A stretch of 64,000 bases of DNA from Candidatus Kerfeldbacteria bacterium (GCA_016182555.1 JACPGJ010000007.1:192053-256052); one strand, 5' to 3'; positions 29,471-38,999 are shown, counted from the first letter of the stretch. Numbers and translations: made by a program. The notes: generated from the sequence alone by a model not told the origin.

Positions 29471-30224
29471 TAAGTGTTTTCCAAAGAAGCGTATATATCA
29501 ACTTCTGCAATTGGACAAACTCCCGTGATTCTATCAGGACAGCCATTTTTTCTTTCCATGAAGCAATGAGCACTTTATCATTATAGATATTCACTTCTGG
29601 CGAGAATGTATGCTCTGGATCATCTAAAATAACCGATTCACGAAGTTCTGATTTATCATGCTTTGCGCGTTCAACTGATTTTTTATTTTTTGGCATAATA
29701 GCCCGAATTGATACCTTTGCTGCTGTACGACGCTTGTAATAGTCTGGGAAAAAATGTGGTAGTCCCTCGTGCATAGTTTCCACATTGGCATAGGCTAAAA
29801 TCGTTTCTTTAGCAGTAAGTGTATCTTCATATGCTTCTCGCATTCCTTTTTCTCCTTCATAAAATGTTACTTTTGGTTTTGTACTTTGCGGATGAATCAA
29901 CGAGGAAAGTTCTGGCAGAATTTGTTTTACCAGCTCCTGTTGCGTATTGATTTGCTTATTCATTTCCTCCCTTTCTCGTTCCAGATACTGAACTAAACGT
30001 TTAGGATCACCCGCATGAAAATAGATTTTCCCTTTCTTTTTGAATTTACTAATGAGTCCTTTCTTCATCAGACCTTCTAACACATCATAACAACTCGTAC
30101 GGTTAATATTCGACTTTTTACTAATATCGGTAGGAGTCGCTGAATCCAGCTCTAATAACGCTAAATAGACTGCTGTTTCTTTATCAGAGAACCCTAATTG
30201 CTCAAAAATGGTTGTGGATATCAT
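29463..30224 (-). CDS. TrmB-like transcriptional regulator, island paralog 4
   Basis: HTH LGFSDKETAVYLALLELDSATPTDISKKSNINRTSCYDVLEGLMKKGLI. C-terminal KPKVTFYEG...NIYNDKVLIASW...LIESREFVQL. Confidence 0.7.
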   Translation of the reverse strand: MISTTIFEQLGFSDKETAVYLALLELDSATPTDISKKSNINRTSCYDVLEGLMKKGLISKFKKKGKIYFHAGDPKRLVQYLEREREEMNKQINTQQELVKQILPELSSLIHPQSTKPKVTFYEGEKGMREAYEDTLTAKETILAYANVETMHEGLPHFFPDYYKRRTAAKVSIRAIMPKNKKSVERAKHDKSELRESVILDDPEHTFSPEVNIYNDKVLIASWKEKMAVLIESREFVQLQKLIYTLLWKTLKK

Positions 30225-30360
30225 ATATTTTGTGGAAAATATTTCGACAATATTAGTATATCAAATAAAGGATAAAATAGCAATATTTTTATACTTTGTC
30301 GGTTATAGTGTGTAAGTATTTTTTATTCTATGAGATACTACTGTGTTCTCGAAAGAGAGC

Positions 30361-30906
30361 ATGCACATTGAAACCATATCCATTCAGTTAAGGCACGGCT
30401 TCGCGATGTTGCGGAGTGGTCGTGAGCTACACTGGCTGAATGGGTATTACAAAAAACGTTGGGGTAGTATGCGGCCAACAGTAGCGCTTGAGTTTAATGG
30501 TACCAACAAGTGGGTGGGGACATTTAGTTGGCATCATAGTTTAGATAAGGTTGAAGCGAGTTTTAAAGTGGTTGTGACAGACTGGGGCAGTGAGTCTACC
30601 TGTTATAGTTTTGAGATAGGGTCTCAAAAGTGGGACTTATCACCTAAAGAACTGTGGCAGTATGGCAATGTTGGTAAGGATGATTATCAACAAGCACAGC
30701 AGAGGATGCTATACTTGATGTATAGTCAAACCAGGACTGCACTTCAGGCAGCAACATCTATGCCTGATTTTGACCTACAAGACCAGATCAAAAGAGGAGA
30801 TGCTAACCTGGAGGTGTTTAACAACAAAGTTTCCCTGAGGATGTTTGATAACGTTTGGGAAAGTGCGGTGCATTATACTATTCGTAAGCTGTATATCCCC
30901 TCCTAG
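30361..30906 (+). CDS. hypothetical protein (cargo of module 4), possibly frameshifted into 30845-31120
   Basis: No domain recognized. A second overlapping ORF (30845-31120) ends exactly at the downstream terminator hairpin. Confidence 0.3.
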   Translation: MHIETISIQLRHGFAMLRSGRELHWLNGYYKKRWGSMRPTVALEFNGTNKWVGTFSWHHSLDKVEASFKVVVTDWGSESTCYSFEIGSQKWDLSPKELWQYGNVGKDDYQQAQQRMLYLMYSQTRTALQAATSMPDFDLQDQIKRGDANLEVFNNKVSLRMFDNVWESAVHYTIRKLYIPS

Positions 30907-31130
30907 AAATTCGTGCCGCCTGTCACGTTCCCTCCTACAGGCATATCCCAGTGCCTACCTTTTAAAAGATGGATACTGGAATATCTATAGTGCTAAAGCT
31001 GGTTCTACTATCAACTGCTTTATCAAATTCATATTCACCTTCCAGTCAGTTTGGAGGTTCCTGAATACGTCCACTAAGGGACCCATGATGGGAAGAAGCG
31101 AGGCGAAAGCCTCGTTTTGATTTGTATTTA

Positions 31131-31167
31131 GAGAAGCTTTGCAAACAAAACTGCTTTTTTGTTATTT
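31131..31167 (+). repeat. partial copy (3' half) of the conserved element, preceded by an independent hairpin at 31100-31119
   Basis: GAGAAGCTTTGCAAACAAAACTGCTTTTTTGTTATTT matches the 3' half AGCTTTCCGCACAAAACTGC-Tn. Confidence 0.55.
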
Positions 31168-31906
31168 ACACATTCCATGCTACATAAAACAAACTTTTTA
31201 ACATTTCATGTATTCCTTTGCTTTCAATAATCACTCCAAAAAAATCTTCTTGGTATGAGAGAAAAGCTACTTTATGTGCAAATATTTTCACATCTCCGCT
31301 ATATAATGCGTGTTGATTTTTGATAATTTTGATTTCTCTGAGTTCATTTTTTGCAGAACTTGCCCACTCACCTGCTGTCTGATCATCATGTGTAATAATT
31401 TTGTTGACCACTTTTTTCCGTATACGTTCTTTAACATATTTGTCGAGGATTTCTTTTGGAATGTATTCATAAAAATTTTGCACTCCGATATACGTCAGAA
31501 TAGTATCGCCTGGAGAAACGGATGCAATAATATCATGATAAAACTTTTTCATCCCTATTGCTCCTTCATATAACAGAATGTTTGGTTTTGAACGTAAAAA
31601 ATTTTGATATTTTGCTAACTCTGGAATCATCTGGCGTACCGCTTCTATTTTTTCTTCTATCGCTTGCTCAAGATTACGAACATCATCAACAAAGTAATAT
31701 TTTCTCCCCTTCTGCTTTGTCACCGAAATAAATCCATTTCGCTGCATCTCAGGCAGAATATTATATAACGTTGTTCTTTTCAGATTACAGCGCTTTGCTA
31801 AATCAGTTGCCGTTATTTCTCCTGCCTCTAACAACGTGAGGTAAATGAGCGCTTCTTTATCAGAGAAACCCATATTCTCTATTAAGTGTTGCTTCTGTAC
31901 TCGCAT
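31166..31906 (-). CDS. TrmB-like transcriptional regulator, island paralog 5
   Basis: HTH MGFSDKEALIYLTLLEAGEITATDLAKRCNLKRTTLYNILPEMQRNGFI. C-terminal KPNILLYEG...VKIFAHKVAFLSY...IIESKGIHEM. Confidence 0.7.
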   Translation of the reverse strand: MRVQKQHLIENMGFSDKEALIYLTLLEAGEITATDLAKRCNLKRTTLYNILPEMQRNGFISVTKQKGRKYYFVDDVRNLEQAIEEKIEAVRQMIPELAKYQNFLRSKPNILLYEGAIGMKKFYHDIIASVSPGDTILTYIGVQNFYEYIPKEILDKYVKERIRKKVVNKIITHDDQTAGEWASSAKNELREIKIIKNQHALYSGDVKIFAHKVAFLSYQEDFFGVIIESKGIHEMLKSLFYVAWNV

Positions 31907-32099
31907 ATATTTATACTGTGTCTACATTTTTAGACAATATTCTAGTTACTATTTTTTACAAAAAATGCCTTAATTTACAGCCATAATAGTTATTCTTTCC
32001 ACTAGCATAATATAGAATAACAAAAAAATCAAACGCTATTTTTATTTTCATATAACGTGTAAATCGGCAATCACGCCTAGCCCATATCTGGAGGACATC

Positions 32100-32324
32100 A
32101 TGGACGGTCTGCTTTGGCTTATTGCTAATTTATTCCAAGCTCATCAGAAGGTTTCGGAAAGAACCGCGCGCATTGCTTCACTAGAAACTGCTTTATTGAC
32201 TGCTTCATCTGACGAAGAGAAAGAAGCAATCACAAAGCGAATTAATGAAATTCGTGCCGAGACCATGCACCTGGATGCTGGTCGCAAAGCAGTGCTCAGA
32301 GCAAATGGAAACCCTGAGAAGTGA
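32100..32324 (+). CDS. small coiled-coil protein (cargo of module 5)
   Basis: 74-aa helical ORF correctly placed between the divergent promoter and a copy of the element. Confidence 0.35.
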   Translation: MDGLLWLIANLFQAHQKVSERTARIASLETALLTASSDEEKEAITKRINEIRAETMHLDAGRKAVLRANGNPEK

Positions 32325-32366
32325 TTACCTGCTGAGGTACTTGCGTTCAATGTACCTAGACAGTAT

Positions 32367-32438
32367 CAATGGTTTGGCAGTACCAGTTGCGTTGAGAGCT
32401 TGGAGGAGCTTTCCGCACAAAACTGCCTTTTTTTATTT
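32367..32438 (+). repeat. conserved ~70-nt palindromic terminator-like element, copy 5
   Basis: CAATGGTTTGGCAGTACCAGTTGCGTTGAGAGCTTGGAGGAGCTTTCCGCACAAAACTGCCTTTTTTTATTT. Confidence 0.8.
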
Positions 32439-33225
32439 ACTGCCACCCACCTTCAACAGGTTTGGCAAAATGATGAATAGACTCAAACAGCGCACGTAGA
32501 ATGCCAACAATACCCGCATGCTCCAACGTAAAAAGTAGTTTAACTTCTGGAATAAAAAACGCAGCTTTGTTTCCATATATCATCACAAGGTGCTCAAGTG
32601 GCAATGCGGCTTCTGGCAATGTGCGTAAATCCCACAAGCGTGCTCGCATCAAGCGTTTATTTTCTTCGGCAAGGCCTTTTCCTGGCAGAGCCATAGATTC
32701 TGTGGTGAACACTGCACGCGTTAAAATGCGCCTGTCCACCATGCGTCCGAAAAATACCGCCCACTCTTTACTGGAGAGCAATTTCAATTCTCCCTTCACA
32801 GCTGTTTTTCCTTCCAGCACAAGAAATTCAGACCCCCGTGGCATTGTACTCATTTCGTCGTAAATACGTTTCATGCCAGCCGCTGATTCAATAACCTCAA
32901 TAAGCGGCTTTTGTGTTTCAGCGCGTTGCAACGATTCCAATTCGGGCACAACGGATTTAAAATCAACCGTCCAGCGTTCAAACAAATCGGCTAAATCTTT
33001 TGGCGGTAGAGCAACATATTCCGTTCTGCGCCCAACTCGTGTTTCCTTCACCAGCCCGCGTTCAATCAAATGGGTGAGATGGAAAGAAACTGCGGCTCTA
33101 TTTTTCTTTTGTGCATACGCTAATTCTGTAATTTTGCTTGAACCCTGCTTTAACAACAGTACATACAACTCTGCCTGTTGTGGCGTAAGAGAGAAGTTTT
33201 CGAGCAGTTCGATGGGTTTTGCCAT
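32437..33225 (-). CDS. TrmB-like transcriptional regulator, island paralog 6
   Basis: HTH FSLTPQQAELYVLLLKQGSSKITELAYAQKKNRAAVSFHLTHLIERGLV. More divergent C-terminal domain. Confidence 0.6.
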   Translation of the reverse strand: MAKPIELLENFSLTPQQAELYVLLLKQGSSKITELAYAQKKNRAAVSFHLTHLIERGLVKETRVGRRTEYVALPPKDLADLFERWTVDFKSVVPELESLQRAETQKPLIEVIESAAGMKRIYDEMSTMPRGSEFLVLEGKTAVKGELKLLSSKEWAVFFGRMVDRRILTRAVFTTESMALPGKGLAEENKRLMRARLWDLRTLPEAALPLEHLVMIYGNKAAFFIPEVKLLFTLEHAGIVGILRALFESIHHFAKPVEGGWQ

Positions 33226-33413
33226 ATATTTTTCTATAAATGTCTACGATTATTTACATCCAATTATACGCTATTTTATTAGTATAGTCAAACATTTTGT
33301 ATGTTTAACGTCTATAACCGTTGACGTTGAGCGGTTTTTCAGGTATTCTGTTCTGTTGATTGAGAATAGTTCTCATGAAACACGCACCTTTACAACCGAT
33401 AAAGGAAAAGATC

Positions 33414-34031
33414 ATGAAAGTTTTAGTAATCGACGACAACGAAATCAACCGAAAATCTGCGCGGGATACTCTTGAGGGGCACGACCTCACGATCGCTGAT
33501 TCAATGAGTGCTGGTGGACTTGCAATGTTCCACGCGAAAAAAAATTTGCCATTCGAAGCGGTTCTGACGGATATGAATATGCCGAGGGAGGAGGAGGGAG
33601 AGCTTGCCGCGTATGGATTCATCATTGCTCTGATGGCAGTGCAATACGGGGCAAAGTACATTGCCATGGTTACAAGGAAAGGCGGCCACGATGATAAGAA
33701 AGATGCAATGGCGGAAGCTCTTTCCTCTCTTGGTCCGTGGCACTACACAAACAAACAGCGTTTAAATATTAACGGAGCAAGGGTTATGTTTGTGTACGCA
33801 CCTACAACCAGTGAAGCGACTGGAGAGGGGTCGTGTCCTTCCTGCAGTGGCTCTGGAACCTGCAAGTATTGCGATGGCACGGGAATTTTTGTGGATGAGG
33901 ACAGGAGGCAGGACAACTGCCATGTGTGTCACAATAGTCAAGGCGGTTGCCACCGTTGCAAAGGAGAAGGCAAGGTGAAAATATATGGGAAGGACTGGGG
34001 TAGGGTTCTGTCCGACCTTATTGCTCCATAA
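33414..34031 (+). CDS. receiver-like domain protein with a fourfold DnaJ-type CxxCxGxG zinc finger (cargo, family member 2)
   Basis: AAAGGAAAAG RBS. MKVLVIDDNEINR...AVLTDMNMP receiver-like region. C-terminal CPSCSGSGTCKYCDGTG...CHVCHNSQGGCHRCKGEG. Confidence 0.6.
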   Translation: MKVLVIDDNEINRKSARDTLEGHDLTIADSMSAGGLAMFHAKKNLPFEAVLTDMNMPREEEGELAAYGFIIALMAVQYGAKYIAMVTRKGGHDDKKDAMAEALSSLGPWHYTNKQRLNINGARVMFVYAPTTSEATGEGSCPSCSGSGTCKYCDGTGIFVDEDRRQDNCHVCHNSQGGCHRCKGEGKVKIYGKDWGRVLSDLIAP

Positions 34032-34045
34032 GTAAAAAGGAGAAC

Positions 34046-34120
34046 CAACGGTTTGGCAGTATCCGTGCGTCGAGAGTTGTAGCACACAACTTTCCGCATA
34101 AAAACTGCCTCTTTTATTTT
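34046..34120 (+). repeat. conserved palindromic element, copy 6 (divergent stem sequence, same boxes)
   Basis: CAACGGTTTGGCAGTATCCGTGCGTCGAGAGTTGTAGCACACAACTTTCCGCATAAAAACTGCCTCTTTTATTTT. Confidence 0.7.
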
Positions 34121-34878
34121 CTCGCACTATTCCAAGCTAATTTCCAAATCATTTTCATGGTATTAGCAATGAGTTGGCTTTCAATGGTGACTGCAAACAC
34201 TTCATGGGTGTGATATGAAATCATAGACACAACATTGTCATAGCACATAATTTCACATTCAAAATTGTAGGTTGATGCTGGGAGTAATCGCGATTCACGA
34301 AATTCTTGTTTATCTCTACTATGAAAATCTACTGCTAATTCATCATCAGGAATCACAAGCTTGGCTAGTTTATTATTTTTTTTACGAGCAGGAATATACT
34401 CTTTCTGCCAAAAATGAATCAATGCTTTATCACGTACTTGTAATGATTCTATTCCTACAAATGCTTTCAGTTCATTTTCTTTCGCATTCAGTGAAGCACG
34501 ATATACCTCTTTTACTCCTTCAATTCCTTCATAATATTTCAACACTGGTTTTATCGCATCATGATTCATTCGTGTGACTAACTCTGGGAGCAGTGTATCA
34601 AACTGCTTCAATTTTTCTTTGAAGAGCTGCTTGAGCGTTGAAGGATGTTCCGCAACATACACTGTCTGCTTTCCTTTTTTTGATTGCGTGACAAATCGTT
34701 TTTCAATGAGATTATCGATCGTGTGATAGAGAGTTGTACGATTGATTTTTGTTTTACTGGAAAGCTGTAAAATAGACGATGAGCCAAGTTCAAGCAAGGC
34801 AAGATACAGTGCCGCTTCTTTATCTGTTAATCCATATTGTTGCAATGCTTCTTGAATCATGTTGACTATTTTCGACAA
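34114..34878 (-). CDS. TrmB-like transcriptional regulator, island paralog 7
   Basis: HTH YGLTDKEAALYLALLELGSSSILQLSSKTKINRTTLYHTIDNLIEKRFV. C-terminal block conserved. Confidence 0.7.
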   Translation of the reverse strand: MSKIVNMIQEALQQYGLTDKEAALYLALLELGSSSILQLSSKTKINRTTLYHTIDNLIEKRFVTQSKKGKQTVYVAEHPSTLKQLFKEKLKQFDTLLPELVTRMNHDAIKPVLKYYEGIEGVKEVYRASLNAKENELKAFVGIESLQVRDKALIHFWQKEYIPARKKNNKLAKLVIPDDELAVDFHSRDKQEFRESRLLPASTYNFECEIMCYDNVVSMISYHTHEVFAVTIESQLIANTMKMIWKLAWNSARK

Positions 34879-35032
34879 ATATTAAAACTAAATTTAAGCT
34901 AATATAAATAACTTTATCCATAAATAAGAGTAAAATATATTATATCTTGTTTATAAAAATAGTCAAATATTTGTATGAATGGTAGTGTTGTTTGTTCCTC
35001 AATAACGAGGGGCACAACAGGAAGGATCTTTT

Positions 35033-35488
35033 ATGCTTAGGCTTGTCGAAATGTTCAAAATTGAAGTTGATTCCACTATCAATTTTGAACGGGCACATTT
35101 TTTTCACAATCAAAAAGCGTTTCTTCAGTGCCTACCAGACGTGGAGAAAAGATTTCCACTCAACGACGACCGGGGAAAGGTGGAAATATTCATCTATGAG
35201 GTAACGGCTGAAGAGATGACGAATGATCAACTCAACGAGGAATTGTTTCGAAACCACTGGCGGATGGCTGGAAGCAGAATCGGCCTTTCGCTTATGTCTG
35301 ATCAACAGATCAGATGGCGAATGCGAGAAAAATACCCCACGGTATTTTTTACTGAAACATGGCATGACGGAAATGTGCCAAGACGGCTCGCTTTTTGTGA
35401 AGGGATGCATAAGTTTGGCACCATGCTGGGAATAATCCCAATGGCGCCAATCAGCAAAGGAGACAAATTTCTTGTTGTAAAGGTGTAG
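35033..35488 (+). CDS. hypothetical protein (cargo of module 7)
   Basis: 151-aa ORF followed immediately by a copy of the element. No recognizable domain. Confidence 0.4.
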   Translation: MLRLVEMFKIEVDSTINFERAHFFHNQKAFLQCLPDVEKRFPLNDDRGKVEIFIYEVTAEEMTNDQLNEELFRNHWRMAGSRIGLSLMSDQQIRWRMREKYPTVFFTETWHDGNVPRRLAFCEGMHKFGTMLGIIPMAPISKGDKFLVVKV

Positions 35489-35494
35489 GATCAT

Positions 35495-35562
35495 CAATTT
35501 AGCAGTACCTGTTACGTTGAAAGCTTGGAGGAGCTTTCTGCAACGGTACTGCTTTTTTTATT
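35495..35562 (+). repeat. conserved palindromic element, copy 7 (compensatory changes keep the long stem)
   Basis: CAATTTAGCAGTACCTGTTACGTTGAAAGCTTGGAGGAGCTTTCTGCAACGGTACTGCTTTTTTTATTA. Confidence 0.75.
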
Positions 35563-35743
35563 ACTTAAAAAATAGTAATAGCTTATAATTGCTCCTAATT
35601 TAGGTTGAACTATACATTAAAAGTTTGGTTCATAAAACACATTCATCGATTCAACTCTTGATTTTCTCGCTTCAAAAAAAACAGGCTCGTCAGATATAAT
35701 ATCCTCGGAGCCTTTATTGGATCGGCTATTTGAGCATATCCGA

Positions 35744-36193
35744 TCATACGTATGCGCGTAACAGAATTCCAACTTCCTTCTCTATCTTTTCCTTGAAAGT
35801 AGTATCAAGGTGAAGGTACTGTTGCCGACAAGCTCGTATCGTACCCTTGATATCACCAAGTACGTACACTGTAATCGTTTCATCTGTGGGAGGAGCACAA
35901 CCAATAAGGGAAGATACTCTGCTCAGATTTTCGATACCAATTTCAATTTGGTTTTGAGCACAGATACCAAATATACTGATGATAAGCTCGATAGCCTTAC
36001 GAAATGACTTGGGCTTATGATGATGGTGAGCCAAAAAGGCTGCATCAACCAAGTTTTCCCACTGCACAATAGTAGGAGGATGTTTGTCATATTTCTTTGC
36101 ATGCTCATCAACCATGTGAATAAGCTCTCGCAAAGTGGTCTCTGGATCGATCCCTTTGAAACTCAGTAGCTCTTGGTCGATATTCAGGCTCAT
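35744..36193 (-). CDS. hypothetical protein (partner of the plus-strand TrmB paralog 8)
   Basis: 149-aa ORF divergent from 36369-37133. No domain recognized. Confidence 0.4.
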   Translation of the reverse strand: MSLNIDQELLSFKGIDPETTLRELIHMVDEHAKKYDKHPPTIVQWENLVDAAFLAHHHHKPKSFRKAIELIISIFGICAQNQIEIGIENLSRVSSLIGCAPPTDETITVYVLGDIKGTIRACRQQYLHLDTTFKEKIEKEVGILLRAYV

Positions 36194-36368
36194 CTTTCTC
36201 TCCTTCTAACTACGTTACACTGTTTGATTACTCAAGGCACATGCTTATCCTTCCATTTTTCTATATGTATTTAAATATACTAAAAATATATTTTGCCTAT
36301 ACTTAGTGTAAAAATTGACATAATTAAATTCTGTTGACAAAAATAATGACAGTAGATAGTGTAATAAT

Positions 36369-37133
36369 ATGTCTATAGAAAAAATGTTAGAACAATTGGG
36401 ATTAGAGCAAAAGCAAGCACTCGTCTACCTTACATGCCTCCAACTTGGTAAAGATAGTGCGTTTCATATTGCTGAAAAATGTGGCCTGAAACGTTCAACC
36501 GTATACATCAAACTAAATGAACTCAATATAAAAGGATTAGTACAGATTACAAAAACATCAAAGGCAAAATTGTATCAGGCTGTTTCTCCAAAACGATTAT
36601 TACAACAAATAGACTTTAGAAAAAAACAGATTGAAGAATCACTCCCCCTGTTGCTTTCTCTGTATAAAGATGAGAGTCAAAAACCGAATATTGAAATATT
36701 TGAAGGGAAAAATGCACTTGAGCAGATGAATAAAGAAATATTCCATTATATCCAGCAGAATCCCACCGAAGAAATCCTTTCGTTTGGAAGAATTGATTAT
36801 CTTGAACGTTATTATGAAAAAACATTTAGCAAATGGGTAAAGCAAGTACAATACAAACAATTTCGAACTCGCCAGATATTTAATAAAGGTGCTACTGAAA
36901 CAGCTCTTGTTAAAACATTACAAAAAAATGCTTCCGCTCAACACGATGTACGATTTGTTGATGAAGAATTATTTTCCAATGACAATGTTATTTGTGGAGA
37001 TACCATGTATATTTTCTCTATTGTAGAAAATAACCTATTTGTAATTGTGATCCATAATCAAGAAATTATACAGACCTATAAAGCTTTCTTTGATTTAGCG
37101 TGGAAAGGTATTAAAAAAACCCCACTCTCCTAA
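36369..37133 (+). CDS. TrmB-like transcriptional regulator, island paralog 8 (inverted orientation)
   Basis: HTH LGLEQKQALVYLTCLQLGKDSAFHIAEKCGLKRSTVYIKLNELNIKGLV. C-terminal KPNIEIFEG...FVIVIHNQEI. Confidence 0.65.
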   Translation: MSIEKMLEQLGLEQKQALVYLTCLQLGKDSAFHIAEKCGLKRSTVYIKLNELNIKGLVQITKTSKAKLYQAVSPKRLLQQIDFRKKQIEESLPLLLSLYKDESQKPNIEIFEGKNALEQMNKEIFHYIQQNPTEEILSFGRIDYLERYYEKTFSKWVKQVQYKQFRTRQIFNKGATETALVKTLQKNASAQHDVRFVDEELFSNDNVICGDTMYIFSIVENNLFVIVIHNQEIIQTYKAFFDLAWKGIKKTPLS

Positions 37134-37180
37134 AAGGAATAGCTATGTATATCGTCTTAACTTGGGTAAAACCAAAATTT

Positions 37181-37954
37181 TTACTTTACTTTATTCGGTA
37201 ATGCATTCCAGACAAGGTTAAATAACGACGTCATTGAATCTGCTAACGCACTATCTTGAATAATAATGCCTGTCGGATGTTGGGTATTCCAGCTAATCAA
37301 GGCAATTTTATTTTTATAGACGTCAATTTCAATTTTGAAGGGATACTTCTGCGCATTAAATAATTTCATCGTGCGATACTCTTCTTTCTTTTTTGCGTAC
37401 TGTTTAGAAATCGCATTATCTGGAGCAATCCAGCGAATAGGAATGTGCTCTTTCATGCGTTTTGCAATAAATTGCTTTTCATGATGAGGAAGAATAGCCA
37501 GCATATCTTCTCCTGAGGAGATAGTAAGAATTTCTTTATCTGGATTTTTATCGAGCTTCATCGTTAGTAAAATATCACGAAATATATTTTCTACTCCCTC
37601 TTTTCCCTCAAAGAATTGCATACGCGTTTGTTGATCACCTGTCATAGCCATATTGAGTAATGGCAGAATTTGACGAAGATCAGTGAGTAAATCTTCAAAT
37701 CGAAATACAATAGACTCTGGTGATTCGGCAGTATACACTTTTCGCTTGCCTTCCAGATGATGAGTAATGAATCCTTTTTTTTCTAACTGCTCTACCAAAA
37801 TATTGACCGTACTGCGCTTTATTTTCGTACTCTCAGTAATTTGAGAAATGAATAAACCGTACTTGCTTTGAAGCAATGCAAAATAGATGCTCACTTCAAC
37901 ATCTTTTAGGCCTAATTGTCGTAATAATGAAGCAACGTCAGGAATGAGTACCAT
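37181..37954 (-). CDS. TrmB-like transcriptional regulator, island paralog 9
   Basis: HTH LGLKDVEVSIYFALLQSKYGLFISQITESTKIKRSTVNILVEQLEKKGFI. C-terminal KIEIDVYKNKIALISW...IIQDSALADSM. Confidence 0.7.
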   Translation of the reverse strand: MVLIPDVASLLRQLGLKDVEVSIYFALLQSKYGLFISQITESTKIKRSTVNILVEQLEKKGFITHHLEGKRKVYTAESPESIVFRFEDLLTDLRQILPLLNMAMTGDQQTRMQFFEGKEGVENIFRDILLTMKLDKNPDKEILTISSGEDMLAILPHHEKQFIAKRMKEHIPIRWIAPDNAISKQYAKKKEEYRTMKLFNAQKYPFKIEIDVYKNKIALISWNTQHPTGIIIQDSALADSMTSLFNLVWNALPNKVK

Positions 37955-38058
37955 AGAAATTTAACAAAAAAATTAACATTTTGATACTATTTTAACAATA
38001 ATCTATTATTTTGTCTAGCACCTTGAAAACAATCTTAGCAAAAGAAAAGGAGGACACT

Positions 38059-38457
38059 ATGAATATCAAGCATGTTCTTGTTCTTGAGGATGATAAGGAC
38101 TTAATCGATCTCTACAAGAAATCTCTATGGGAAATGCTCCTTTCCGATAGTATTGTTCCTACTATGGCCTGTACCGTACATTCAGCCATATCTTGTGCCC
38201 AAGTGAGGGTCGATGTTGAACAACCATTTCATCTTGCCATTCTTGATTATTCCATTCGGAATGATCCGCAGAATGGAAACGATGCCGCCAGAATCATCAA
38301 GGAAATATCACCTACAACACGCATTGTTGGTAATACGGGTGGTAACCCACTGGTTTTCGATCGACGCTTCGTTGATAAGGTGATGCGAAAAAAAATCCGC
38401 AACTGGATGGAAATGATGCTTGCTATCGATGACCATAACCTTGGAGGAATACCATGA
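38059..38457 (+). CDS. receiver-like single-domain protein (cargo of module 9, first gene)
   Basis: GGAGG RBS. MNIKHVLVLEDDKDLIDLYKK...LAILDYSIR. Translationally coupled (ATGA overlap) to the next gene. Confidence 0.5.
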   Translation: MNIKHVLVLEDDKDLIDLYKKSLWEMLLSDSIVPTMACTVHSAISCAQVRVDVEQPFHLAILDYSIRNDPQNGNDAARIIKEISPTTRIVGNTGGNPLVFDRRFVDKVMRKKIRNWMEMMLAIDDHNLGGIP

Positions 38458-38999
38458 AGATTTTGATTATGGATGACAATCCACTTCACCGTGCTGCTGC
38501 ACAAGCTCAATTGAATGATCATGAGCTGACTGTAGTGAGTACATACGACGATGCTCAGGCATTGATTGGGAAAAAGCACGACTTCGATGTTGTGCTTGTC
38601 GACCTGCTCATGCCACCAAGCAAAAAAAATCTCAATTCCCAAGGAAAGAGGTTCACAAGAAAGGAGATGCCAGTTGGGATCTTTCTGGCATTGTTGGCCG
38701 CACGATTCGGTGCCAAGTATGTTGCCGTGGTGACAGATGCTGGACATCATGACCATCCAGCCTCAACCTGTTTCGATGCATTCAACCCTTTTGATCGGCA
38801 CAACGTGCATAATCCAAATGCACCACAACCGTTCAAGCTCAATGATGCAAAGGTCATTCTGTGCAACAACTGCATCGACTACTTCTACGGTGATGATCTC
38901 TCTCGGCAAATGGCATATGGCCAGTACAACACTGAAAAGGGAAAAGTTATTGCGGTAAAAAACTGGCGTTTGGTTCTGGAGGCACTTTTGCAAAGTTGA
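38454..38999 (+). CDS. receiver-like domain protein of the HHDHPAS family with a C-terminal CxxC (family member 3)
   Basis: MKILIMDDNPLHR...DVVLVDLLMPPSKKNL...GHHDHPAS...CNNC. Clear homology to 27378-28001 across the receiver-like region. Confidence 0.6.
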   Translation: MKILIMDDNPLHRAAAQAQLNDHELTVVSTYDDAQALIGKKHDFDVVLVDLLMPPSKKNLNSQGKRFTRKEMPVGIFLALLAARFGAKYVAVVTDAGHHDHPASTCFDAFNPFDRHNVHNPNAPQPFKLNDAKVILCNNCIDYFYGDDLSRQMAYGQYNTEKGKVIAVKNWRLVLEALLQS

